Shown here: positions 14,491 through 31,143 of the stretch, one piece after another
How the letters are laid out: each line of letters starts with the position of its first letter
How positions within the stretch are numbered: position 1 is the stretch's first letter
Assembly (NCBI GenBank): GCA_039096225.1
Contig: JBBPEB010000007.1
Location: 496,001-560,000, forward strand
DNA: 64,000 nt
Direction of reading: 5' to 3'
DNA from: Blastocystis sp. Blastoise
Taxonomy: Eukaryota > Protista > Bigyra: Opalinata
Position numbers and translations under genes: made by a program
Notes under the pieces: generated by a model
What the model saw: the letters and a program-made list of their open reading frames with translations, nothing else
Told to the model about the DNA's origin: nothing
The model's database searches: none

Positions 14491-15448
14491 ATGTTCGCTA
14501 AGATTCTTGCTCGTCCTCTCGCTACTACCATTAGTGGTTTTAATGCTGTTCGTACTTTTGCTACTGTTGTAGCTAATCCTGTTGTTTTTATGGATTTTGC
14601 TGCTGATAATAAACCTCTTGGCAGAATTACCTTCGAATTATATTCTAACGTTGTTCCTAAGACTGCTGAAAACTTCAGATGCCTCTGCACTGGAGAAAAG
14701 GGTATGGGACAATCTGGTAAACCTCTTCATTATAAGGGAAGCAAATTACATAGAATTATTCCCGAATTCATGTGTCAAGGATATATATTTATTTGTTTTC
14801 TAGTCTCCTCATTATGATCTCAACTAGTATTTATCATTAAACTATATATTTCTACTCTATATATTTATTTAGGGTGGTGATTTCACTCACGGAAATGGTC
14901 GTGGAGGTGAATCTATTTATGGTGCTAGATTTGCTGATGAAAACTTCAAATTACGTCATTCTGGTCCTGGTTTATTATCTATGGCTAATTGTGGTCCTAA
15001 CACCAATGGTTCTCAAGTATATCTTCTATTTTTTTTATTAATTATTTATTTTATAAAGAATATATTAGTATTTTGTAATAATATAATAATAATTATTATT
15101 ATTCTTATATATATATATATATATTATACTCCTCTATCAATATAAAATTTTATTTATATAGTTCTTTATTACTACTGTTCCTTGTCCTTGGTTAGATGGT
15201 CATCATGTTGTCTTTGGTTCTGTTAAGAATGGCTTAGAAATCTTAGATCAACTTGAAAATCTTGGTAGTGAATCTGGAAAACCTATGTATATATATATAT
15301 ATATCTTACCTGTTTCTATATTTTTTATATGTCACTCTATTCTTCTACTACATTTTTATTTAAAAGTATTTCTATGATAAATATACTTTATTGTTTTCTA
15401 TATAGTAAAGAAGTTGTCATTACTGACTGTGGTGAAATCAAAAATTAA
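14491..15448 (+). CDS. Cyclophilin (PPIase) with N-terminal mitochondrial-type presequence, cyclophilin D-like
   Basis: [58 protein letters not shown]. Presequence [24 protein letters not shown] is Arg/Ala-rich with no acidic residues. Confidence 0.93.
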
Positions 15449-15844
15449 TCTCAGTTAAAGTCATCAAAACTTTAGTGATTTCGAATTAATTATCAAATTT
15501 TTTTGTTTTTATTTTGTTCTGTGCATTTAACATTAGTTATCTTATTCAAATAATTATTTTAAAATGAATGCATTTCTTTCAATATTCTAAAAAAACAGAA
15601 AAAAAAATATTTAAAAAAAAAAACAGAAAAAGAGCCAGATCGATTTAGGAAGAAAAAACAGCGTTGTGTTTGATAATAATCATGATTAACGATCGAATAT
15701 TCAAAAAAATATGTAAAAACTTTTTTGAAAAGATTTTTTGATATATCGATCAACTTTAGTGAATCAAACAACACAAAAAATATTTGTACTTTATAGAGAG
15801 TTTACTTAGAATATATAAGCATTATAAAATTTTCAAAAGGGACA

Positions 15845-17870
15845 ATGAGTGAATTTCTTGTTTCTCATCGTTGCTGTCGATTGATGGATCACATATCTGC
15901 TGTGGATGTCATGAATGTAAGACTCTGAATAATGATAATCTTATTCTTTTATAGCCAGAAAATAATGTTCGTGGTCTAATTGTCGGTGCTAAAGAAAACA
16001 AAGGAAAGATTGAGATGTATTACGTGAAACCAGAGAGTTCAGAAACGGTGAGAGAAGTTCCGTATCTCAACTGTGATTTATGTTCGGTTTCTTATAATTC
16101 TTTGTTGAAACGAGGTATTTGTGAATTCATTTTTTTTATAAACCTTAAATGATATATAGCGGAACAATATCCATTTACTCCTTTATTTCCTCGATATTCT
16201 GATTTAAAGTACTTTTATGCTTTACGAGTATGTTTTTTTTTTAATATTTATATATTTATTTATATTTATTTATTTATTTCATGCTTCATAAATATATATA
16301 TATCTATAGAATGATTTATCTAAATCAATGTTACGTCGTAAATTATGGTATAATTTAATATTTCGTTATAGTGACCGTTTGGTGAATCATCAGGAAAAAG
16401 GGAAAGAACGAGATTATAAAGATATTATCAGATTAGCAAAATATGAAATTCCAAAGGAAATCAGATGTATTGTTTGGGTGAGATGTTTAAGTATATATAT
16501 ATATTTATTATATTACTATTATTTTTTTTTAATAAAATAATTTTTTTTTTGTGTTTTTTAAAAAATTATTTGTATATTATTATAGAGTAATATTTTTCTA
16601 TTATAATATATATTGTAATTACATTTTTTATTTATATATATATAATAAAATAACTTTATAATTATAACTATTCTTTAAAAATTTAGATGTAACAATGTTT
16701 TACAGAGCTGGTTATTATCAAGAATTATTAAGCCAATTTCAGACGGTACCTTCAAAGATTAAGCAAGTTATTGACGCAGATGTTCTTCGAACTTCTTCAT
16801 TACAAAACTGGACTGAATCTTATATTATATCCTTAAAAAACGTTCTTGTATATATTTATTATTATTATTTTATTTATAAATTTTTCTTTTCCTCTATATT
16901 TAAATATCTTTAACTAATATATATATATATATTATAGTTAGCCTTTTGTGTTCATAACCCCTCAATAGCTTATTGTCAAGGTTTAAATTCAGTAGGAGCA
17001 TTATTATTGAATGTATTTGATGAAGAAGAAGCTTTCTGGGTGTATACAGTTGTATATATATATATATATATATATATCATATATATATTATTTAATTATA
17101 AGAATTCTTTTAATTTACTTACAAAAATATATTTTAAATTATTATATATTTATAGATTCTCTTATATTATAAAATTATATATATAGTTAATAGAGAGATT
17201 TCTTCCTTCTGATTATTATAATACTTTAGCAGGTGCATTTACAGATCAACATATAATATCTTCTTTATTAACTACTTTAGATACTTCTTTATGTAATTAT
17301 ATAGAAAGTTTAGGTGGAAATGTACATGAAATATTATTCCCTGTATTAAAATGGTTATTAACGCTATTTTCTTCATCTTTTCCTGAATATTTTACATTAA
17401 GAGTTTGGGATATTATTATATTATTAGGAGAACATCTTACTTTATTAATAGCTTTATCTTTAATAACTGTGTTTCGAGAGAAACTATTTGAGTGCCGTGA
17501 TATAGGTTCTCTTTTAAATACAATGGAATCATTTCCTTCTTTTGTTGATAAAAAGAATATTTCAGATATTATTAAATATACATTTATCTATTTCAAACAA
17601 ATTAATATGTATATATATAGTAGAATGATTTATTTTTATTATAATTAATTTGTGAATATATATTATTTTTTTTTAATTCATATTTATTATATTATTGATC
17701 TATGTATATTATATATATATATATATAGAGATGATATTCAACAATTACGTCGATCCTTACGTCCTCAAATGGAAGAAATGTTATCTATACCTCAATATAT
17801 AAATGAGGATGAAAATGATACTGTAAATGTTGATAATAATAATAATAATAATGTTAATGATAATGTTAAT

Positions 17871-17910
<40 letters not shown>

Positions 17911-18891
17911 CTGATATACCTTTTACTAATAGTGATCCAAGTATATCTACTGAAAATGGTGATTCAGGATATGATTATGAACAAGGAAGTTCTGAAAAGA
18001 ATAGTGATTTATTACAAATAGAAGAAGAAGATGAAGAAGATAAAAATTTAGATATTCATGAATTATTAAAGAAATATCGAAATAAAAAGAATAATGAGAA
18101 TAATAATAGGACTTATGTTGTTATTGAAGATTTAAATAAACCTATTCCTAATTATAGTAATTATTCAAGAAATATCAATAATCCCTCTATTAGTAATAGT
18201 CATATTTATGATTCTACAGATAATAATATTATTGATAATAATAATAAAGAAAATAAAGATAATAATAATAAAGAAAATAAAGATAATAATATCAATAATA
18301 ATATATCAACTCAATACATTTCTCATTCTTATATGAATAATCGTCACAATTCAGATACATTATCGATTTCTTCTTTAGATTCGGATTCATTACGAATGAC
18401 ACGTGCTTCTCTTCAATCTGATGATATTTATAGTGATGAGAATTCTTCTATTAATATTAATATTCAAAATGATTCATTAAAACAAAATTTATTACCTTTA
18501 CAAAAACGAATATCTCATGACTTTAGTATTACTAAACAAATTAACTTTAATGCTATTACAAAATTTGTATTATCCACTATTAATGTTAATTTATTACCTG
18601 CTTCTACTATTCAAAACATTCCAGAAAGACATGTCTTTCAGAGAGATGAAGTATATAGATATTATAAAATAATATAATATAAATATTTTATAATATAATA
18701 TAATATAATATAATATAATATAATATATATAATATAAATTATTTTATAAAATCAATCATCTTATTTTCTTAATAATAATATATATCTTTTTACAATATAT
18801 TTCTCTTTAGAATGACAAAGATGGATTATTATTAGATTCTGGAAAACATATACATCTTATTGAAAATCATTTCTCTGTAAAAAATAACTAG
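15845..18891 (+). CDS. TBC-domain Rab GTPase-activating protein with Asn-rich C-terminal tail
   Basis: IPKEIRCIVW, IDADVLRT (Arg finger), YCQGLN (Gln finger), EEEAFW, KWLLTLF, TLRVWDIII. Confidence 0.9.
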
Positions 18892-19292
18892 TATTATTTA
18901 TAATAATAAGAGTTGTTCTAATCTATTCTGTTCAATCACATACATGATGAATACACTCTTCATATATATATATATATACATTTTTATCTTTATCATTTTT
19001 TTCATTTTTTTCTTTTTTCTTTTTTCTTATATATATACATTTTTGTAGACTTTTGTCCTTTCCGATATAACTGTAAATATTCTTATTTATAGGGGTTTTT
19101 AATTCTATTTTATCGTATTTGCTGTAATAATAATATTTATATATAATTAATTTTTCAAGTTTCATATAATATTTTTTTTAACAATTATATATATAAATGT
19201 GTTAAAGTATTAATAATATCTTGCATCTATAGATTCATATGAATTGATTTAGTTTTATTTAAAATTGATATCCATAAATTTATTTTTAGAAC

Positions 19293-19300
19293 AACAAACA
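19293..19300 (-). terminator. TGTTTGTT putative polyadenylation motif of the Myb gene
   Basis: AACAAACA on the + strand, about 58 nt downstream of the minus-strand stop. Confidence 0.5.
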
Positions 19301-19357
19301 TATTTCAAATACACTTGCACATATACATTTTTTTTATTTTTCATAACTATTCTATAT

Positions 19358-20062
19358 TTATTCATTTACTAAAATGTTGTGTTTCCATAATTGCTTTTCA
19401 ATACCAATTTGTTTATTCTTCTCAAATTCCTATATTGATTTAAAAAAAATAATACATAGTTTATCAAACATATAAATACTTTCATAATATCATCTACATT
19501 TCCTTTCCAACCATTATATTTATCAATATTCTGAATACCCATTAATCTACACGTTTTTAAACGAATCTCTTCAATGTCCTAAAGAATAATATAATTATGT
19601 GAAACAGAATAAATCAAAAAATATCAAATGTTATATAAAATATATAGAATTTAAATTCATTAGAATAGTAAAAGAAAAATAGAAAACAAAAGCTAAAAAA
19701 ATAAATCAGAATGTATACCCATTCAGATAAGAAATCTCGACGAATAAGCTCCCATTCACCAATTCCATATTTCTTAATTCCATCAATAAGAAGATATTCT
19801 TCTTCCATAGTCCATGTTCTTAATTTCTGTAAGTAGAAATACGTGAATGAATCAAGAAAAACAGTAATAATCAAAATATTTAAAAAGAAATATGTATAAA
19901 AATATATAGCTTTATGTTATTTCATAAGAATATGTCTAAAGGATATTTCATTCGTAAATTTGCATCTTCATCGATCATATCTTTTTTGCAAAATTCTCTT
20001 CTTAAAGCTTTTATAAGTTCAAGACGTTTTGGTTCAGGAGCTTCATCTTTATATATATCCAT
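19358..20062 (-). CDS. Small Myb/SANT-domain protein (4 exons; first intron is U12 AT-AC)
   Basis: WTMEEEYLLIDGIKKYGIGEWELIRRDFLSEWDIEEIRLKTCRLMG. ATG at 20062, TAA at 19360-19358. Confidence 0.85.
19843..19946 (-). other. U12-type (minor spliceosome) AT-AC intron, 104 nt
   Basis: 5' ATATCCTTTA, branch-like TTTCTTGAT, 3' TTCAC. Removing it joins NLRMK to YFYLQKLRTW in frame. Confidence 0.88.
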
Positions 20063-20294
20063 TTATAATATTAGAGAAGAGTTTATATATATTTATTCTA
20101 TGTAATACTATGAAATTATAAAGACCGCTTTAAACTTTGAAAAAAAATACCGCAATTATTTCCAAAAAAAATATTTTGTTTTTGTCATTCTTTTTCCCCG
20201 TGGTTAAAAAATAGAATAGCCTTTTTTTTTCGTTACTACAGGAATCAAGCTTTTTATATTTCTTTTGATCAAATACTCGAAAAGTAGTTCAACC

Positions 20295-24333
<4,039 letters not shown>

Positions 24334-24377
24334 GTCAATTCTATATATATAAATCATTGTTTATTATATTTATTTTT

Positions 24378-24385
24378 TGTTTGTT
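24378..24385 (+). terminator. TGTTTGTT putative polyadenylation motif of NUP93
   Basis: Exact motif about 45 nt after the TAA at 24333. Confidence 0.5.
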
Positions 24386-24994
24386 TATTGATTTATTTTA
24401 TATCGTTCACTTTTAAATACTCTATTCAAGTTCTATGTTGACTTCTTCTTTTTTATATAAAACTAATAACTTAACACAAGAAGAAACACTTTCAATGGCA
24501 TAGATGGACTTTCACTTAACTTTAATATAAATCGCAAATGAATACAATTTCACTTTAAAAAAAAAAATTAATTATCTTCACAGAACACGATAATTTCTTT
24601 AAAAAACAATATGTTATTTTAGTAAATACATCATATATATATTTCATACAATTTACAAGTCTAGAATCTCAGTAGATTATACATTTATTAAATAAAAATT
24701 GATATGTTTCTCTGAACAGAAACTCAACTAGATACATGATTCTCTAAACTTCTCATATTGTGGAAAAATTCAAATTCAAGTTGAAAAAGAAAAAAAAACC
24801 AAGGAAAAGAAATTTGTAATACAGTTTATTTGAATATTGATTGGTCATATTCGGTTATTAATAACAAAGAGCCAGTCTTTCTTTTGTTATGATTTTTACT
24901 TTTTTTTAAATAGGGTTTTAAGTCATATTTCATTTGATTAAAACCAAATAAATACTAATAATCTATTCTTAAATCATAATTAAAAGTACATAAA

Positions 24995-25597
24995 ATGATG
25001 CAAATATCTAGAAGTGTTCCTGTTATGCAGCTTGCTGCTGCTCATGCCATTCGTGCCTCTCCTATTCTTATACAGAAGAGAACGATGATTCTTGGTTTTG
25101 CTCTTAAGACTGCTATTGGTATATAGTTTATTTCATATATTTCGTTTTTCTTTTTCTTTTTCTTTCGTCATTTTATTATTGTCTGTTTATTGATCTTACT
25201 GCAATATCTACGGGTGCCTCTGCTGTTCGTAGAATGACTGGGTTTGAGTATATTTTTCGAAATCAATATACAATACATTTTTCACTAATGAATTTCTGTT
25301 TATAGTTTCAAACCTTATGCTATGAATTTGAAAGATAATAACTTACGTAATTTCTCATTAGGATTTCTCTTTTATGGTGAGAAATGGGCTGATTTCTTTG
25401 TAAAACAATGGGAAAGATGCACTTTAAAATGTAAAAATGAAAATAGAGACAAGTACAATGAGTACCAGAAGAGATATGATGAATATCAAAGAAAGTATGA
25501 TAATAAATATCATCAATACTCTGATGAATTTGAACGATATAAACAAGCTAAGAATTATGATTCCAGCAAACATATGTACCCTGATAAATACGAATAA
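24995..25597 (+). CDS. DUF1748-like small protein with mitochondrial-type presequence and Tyr-rich coiled-coil tail
   Basis: Spliced core MILGFALKTAIDLTAISTGASAVRRMTGFDF...LRNFSLGFLFYGEKWADFFV resembles fungal DUF1748 (from memory). It follows a 30-aa non-acidic leader ending QKRT. Requires a GT-TG first intron. Confidence 0.6.
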
Positions 25598-26456
25598 AAT
25601 ATTTATCTTTTTGTTCATTTTATGCATATTTTTAAACGAATAAAAAATATGGTCTTGTTTTTTTTTGTTTTATATCCCTAATGGATATCACTTCTTTCTT
25701 ATTATTATTCTTATGAACAAGAATAAGCTTTGTTTTTCTTATCTTGTCAATCTTCTTCAAATTGTTTGGTTTTTCAGTTATTCATAATTATTTTTATTAA
25801 TTTAATTATTCATTATCTTCTCAATAAATTAGTGCTATTGAGACTTAACTTGTAATATGATATTAGAGTTATTATTGATAATTCACCAATATTTCCTTGA
25901 TTTAAGATCTTTAAGTTTTTTTCATTGCTTGTTCAACATATAGGAAGTAATCTTTTAGAAACAATCTATCTATTGATCTTAAAACAATATATACATTCTT
26001 TAAAACGGCATTACTATAGAGATTATCCATGCAAATAATAAAAAAAATTCGTTTTTTTGATTCATGAAATACTTCACATGCTATTGATTCAGACACAAAA
26101 GACTATTCACGGTTATTTCCGTAGAGATAACGCTAATTTCGTTTTTCCCATAGAAATAAATGATACAAGTGTAGAAAATAAAATATTTATGAACTGAATA
26201 TATGAAAAGAATCAGCCAATATTTCATGCGTAACTTTCTAAATAGGATGTATATATTTAATATAGATCCTATAATCTCTCATTAATTAGGTGAATCCTTA
26301 TAGAATAAAATATATTTAATGAGATTAGTCCTTATAATAATCTCAAAAAATGTCAGATATTATCAGCCATTCATTATACAAATAGGAAAAACTTCTTTAA
26401 ATTTTATAATGGATACGAAATCATTTTTTATTTTATTATTTAAGAGATTTTGAGAA

Positions 26457-27984
26457 ATGTTATCGTTACAACTGTTTATTGTATTTGCTACGGTGACCAT
26501 TGATTCTTTTGGGATGTCTCTTGTGATGTCAATTATTCCTTTTTTTTCCGAGCAAGTAGGAGGTACTGGATTTGAGATGGGGATGTTTTATACGGCGTAT
26601 TCAGTGACGCAAATGCTAAGTAAGGATATTTGTATATTATTTTGTGTGTGATTGTGTTGTGTTAGGTGTATATTTTATGGGTTCTTGGTCGGATAAGTAT
26701 GGGAGAAAATTGTTTTTGATTCTTTCTTTATTTGGGTCGTTTTCAGGTATGTTTATATGAGTTTCGGAGTGTATTTCATGGAATTTAGGTCCTATATTAC
26801 AAGCATTTTCTAATTCTATGCTTATGATGAATATTCTAAGAGCTTATACTGGATTATTAGCAGGTAGTATGACACTAGGACAGGCATCCATTGCTGATTT
26901 ATTCACTCCTGAGAAAAGAGGAACTTATTTTAGTTATCTTCTTGGTATAGGTTCATCAGCTTTTGTTGTTGGACCAGCTATTGGTGGAGCTTTAGGAGCA
27001 ATTATGTTACAAATGCCTTTGTATGTTGAAATATTGAAATATGTATATATAAATAACATAGTTGGGTTTCTGGAGCATGTGCTGGTGTTGTTTTCGTGAT
27101 GGCATTATTTTGTTTAAAGGAAACAAATGCAATTGTAATTCAAAAGAATGAATTAAAAGCTAAACAAAATGCACTTTTAAAGAAAACTGGATTATGTACA
27201 TTTATATATATATATATAATTATTATATATATATTTATTTTTAGCTGAAGAAGAAAGCAAAGAGCTAGACATTATTAAAGGACAATTAAATAAAATGAAT
27301 GCAAAAAGTATATAAGCTATTTTTTTCTTTATTATATTTATTTATTTATTTATTTATTTATTATTATATTTATGTTATTTATATATGTTATTTATTATAG
27401 AGACAAAGAAAGAAAAGAATGATGTAAAAATTAAATGGAATAAATATATGGTATATATAATTTTTTTTTTAAATTAATTCTTTATATAGATATTTTGGTT
27501 ATTCATTCGTTTTTTAAATGAATGTATTTCTGTTATCTATGCTAGTTAGTATGTATTCTATATTAATTCACGTTTATATTAACTATTATTATATAGTTAT
27601 GGTTTATATATTATTGCTACCATTAATGCTACGTCCTTACATTATAGGTATATATATATATATTATTATTATTATTATTATTCTATTCTATTATATATAT
27701 ATATAGTATTTACTTATGCTGTACAGGAACTGCAACAGTTCTCGTTCAATTATTAATATTCCCCTATTTAAAAGATAAACTTCATATTAGTGTTTGTATA
27801 TATATATGTTAATATGATTACGATATTTCTATCTTACTCTATTTATTTTATATATAGTATATCTTGGTATCTTAGGTGCAATTATTATGTGTATATATAT
27901 ATATAAAATAATATTCTAATTTTTTAAATTTATTTTATGTAAATTTTTGTAGAATTATAATATATAGTATTTTTGAATAGTCTA

Positions 27985-28019
<35 letters not shown>

Positions 28020-28154
28020 GTAGGAGGTACTGTATTAGCTACATTTGCTCCTTCCCCCTGGTATGCTGTTCTTTCAGGATTCGTTGTTTTTGGAGGATTC
28101 GCTTTTATTAGTCCTACTTCTGTTATTGTTTTATCTGTATGTATTACAAAAGGC

Positions 28155-28217
<63 letters not shown>

Positions 28218-28951
28218 GTTTATTATTATTTCCTTAGGTCCAATCTCCTCCTGAATCTCAAGGAAAAGCACTTTCTGTGGGTATATATAACAATAATACA
28301 TATATAAATATATATTTTTATATATACATTATTATTTCTTAGATATATTATATCTATTAACTATATATATATAGCTACTATTGTCTCTCAAACTGTCTTT
28401 ATATTAATTCCATTATTATATGGTTCTTTCTATGATTTCTCTGCTTTCTGGACAATTTGCTCTACAAATTTCTTTGGTATATTTCTTTTACTATTCTATT
28501 TATACTTATTATATTTAATTAACGAATTATTATTATATTTATTAAACAAATTATCATTATATTTATTAAACGAATTATCATTATATTTATTATTCTATAG
28601 TACTTGCAATTCTCCTATCATTAATATGTTTCATTTGTGTTCCTGGAAGTTTAACTTGTGCAGATCAGAAAATAGCCAGTATATTCCCGTGATTATTATC
28701 ATTATTATTATTTTATTTCTATAGAATCAGAAGAAAAAGAAATTCCTTCAACTGAAAAAGATATAGAATTAAATAAAGAAACAGATTTAAATAAAGAAAC
28801 AGATTTAAATAAAGAAATGAAAATGAATATAGAAATAGATACAAATAAAACAACACCCGAAGTCTCTTTAAATAGTAATAATTCTATTGATTCTAATGTT
28901 GTTATTAATACTAATAAAGACTCTGTAAGTCCACCTGTGAGTGGAATATAA
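26457..28951 (+). CDS. Major facilitator superfamily transporter (DHA1/TetA-like, MFSD10/MFSD14-like)
   Basis: TIDSFGMSLVMSIIP, motif A GSWSDKYGRK, RAYTGLLAG, ASIADL...EKRG, GPAIGGALG, QGKALS; multiple TM exons. Confidence 0.9.
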
Positions 28952-29648
28952 GCTTATTCTATGATATTTATCTATCTATTTTATACATATATCATTATCA
29001 TTAGTTATATCTTTATTATCAGAAATAACTAGTATATACATTTATAGAAACAATTATATATATATATATATATATATATTTATTGTTTTTCTACATAATT
29101 ATTTATAATGATGTTTTCTTTATTCATGATTTGTTGTGGGCTTTTTTTTTTTGTTTTTATTATTATTCTTTTATTTGTTGTTTTATACTATATATTCAAC
29201 TTCTTTTAGAATTATCTTAACAATATGTGTTATTTATTAAAAAGTAGATTCATTTGAACACTTCTTTTTATATATTTTGCTTTGTTTTCCTTTTGAAATG
29301 TATTTATAGTAAATAAAAACATAACAACATTATTATACTAATATTTATTATAATGTTTTCAGTCATTAAATACTATTAACAAAAGTATAACACATCATCT
29401 CATTTTCTTCATATAAAAATCAAAAAGCGGTATTACTTATTCATATGTATATTTTAATATCTATTTATATATATTTTCAATCTTATCATTGTTATGAGCA
29501 TCACTTAATGCTTTAAAAAATTGTGTTTTAAAACAAAATAAAATTCTCCTTTTCACATGGTTTTTCTAGTTCAAGAGAATACCAAAAAAATGCGATGTCA
29601 TGTTTTCCACTTTTTATATGATATTTAAAGTGACTAATTCATAGAACT

Positions 29649-30581
29649 ATGAAAATTAATTTATTGGTTTTATTCACTATCCTATTCGGTATACAATTTA
29701 ATGTTTGATTAGTATTTATAAAGTAAATAGGTATAACATCTGCACTTTTAAAAGAGGATACATTAGTTAATCTGCATTATGTATGTCATTGCGAAGATTA
29801 TAACTATAAATCTTGGAGTATTAGTGGTATTGTTAATGGAGAAGAGGTAGTATTTCATGATGTCGAAGGAAGAACTTGTACTACTCTTGCACAAGCATCT
29901 ATATCCGTTAATAGAACAGATGATCTCAATTATAAGATATGTTACTCAACAAAGTACTTTTTATTTTAATTTTTGTTTTTTATAATGAATAGAAATCCCG
30001 GTAATATGGATTCTTATATGATTGTATATGACAGTGATAATAATATGCTTGTGAAGAAACATGCTCTTTATGAAAATAATTTCTGTTCGTTGTTTACAAG
30101 TATGATATTGTTTTATTATTCTTATTATATTTATATTTATGTTTATATTTATTATATTTATTATATTTATATTTATTATATTTATATTTATTATATTTAT
30201 ATTTATTATATTTATATTTATTATTATATAGTTCGTAAACCCATTGATACTGTTTCTTCTATGACTTTTAAAAGAGGAAATGTTCCTGAAAATTGGTATA
30301 AAAAGACATTTGATTCTACTTCTTGGGAAACTGTTCAAAATGGTCAACAAACTAGTGCATCCAATGAGAATCAATATTATAGAATATCATTTGAAGAGAC
30401 TCAATTTGATTTAATGGCTGCTTATAATCTTCATTTACAATTAAATGGTGATATAACTATATATATGAATGATATACAAGTGTATAACGCAGTCTCTATT
30501 AATCCGTATATATATATATTATTATTATTATTATTATTATATATACATATATATAGTTCTTCTTCTGAAGAATTGAATCCA

Positions 30582-30662
<81 letters not shown>

Positions 30663-31110
30663 CTTCTTTAAACTCTTATATATATAGTTTAATATTAAAT
30701 GCATACCCTTTACAAACTAATAATACTCTATCTATAATGATATCAAATCCAAAAGGGATATCTCTTACGAATTATTTATCTATTTATATGACGTTATTCT
30801 TTGCAACTGAAAAAGATAGTATATATTATTCATTTCTATATTTTTTAATTCTTTTTTTTTCTTATTTTATTATTATTATTGGTTTTTTAATTTGTATATA
30901 TATAAATATGTATAACTGTTACATATATAATAGAATGTGCAAATACCTTAGTGAGTTTCACTTCAAAATGTTCCAATAGTGTAAAATGTGACTTACTCGT
31001 AGATTCAAGAGTATATACATATTGGGATACAAGTAAGAATTCTGTTACTAATACTATTACACTTAAGAATAATACGTATATATATATTATTAATTATAAT
31101 TATAGTTATG

Positions 31111-31143
<33 letters not shown>

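Noticed and set aside
16827-16835. ATATCCTTA, resembling a U12 donor, in the TBC gene
   Set aside because: It lies within an exon; SYIISLKNVL-LAF reads through and a normal GT donor follows.
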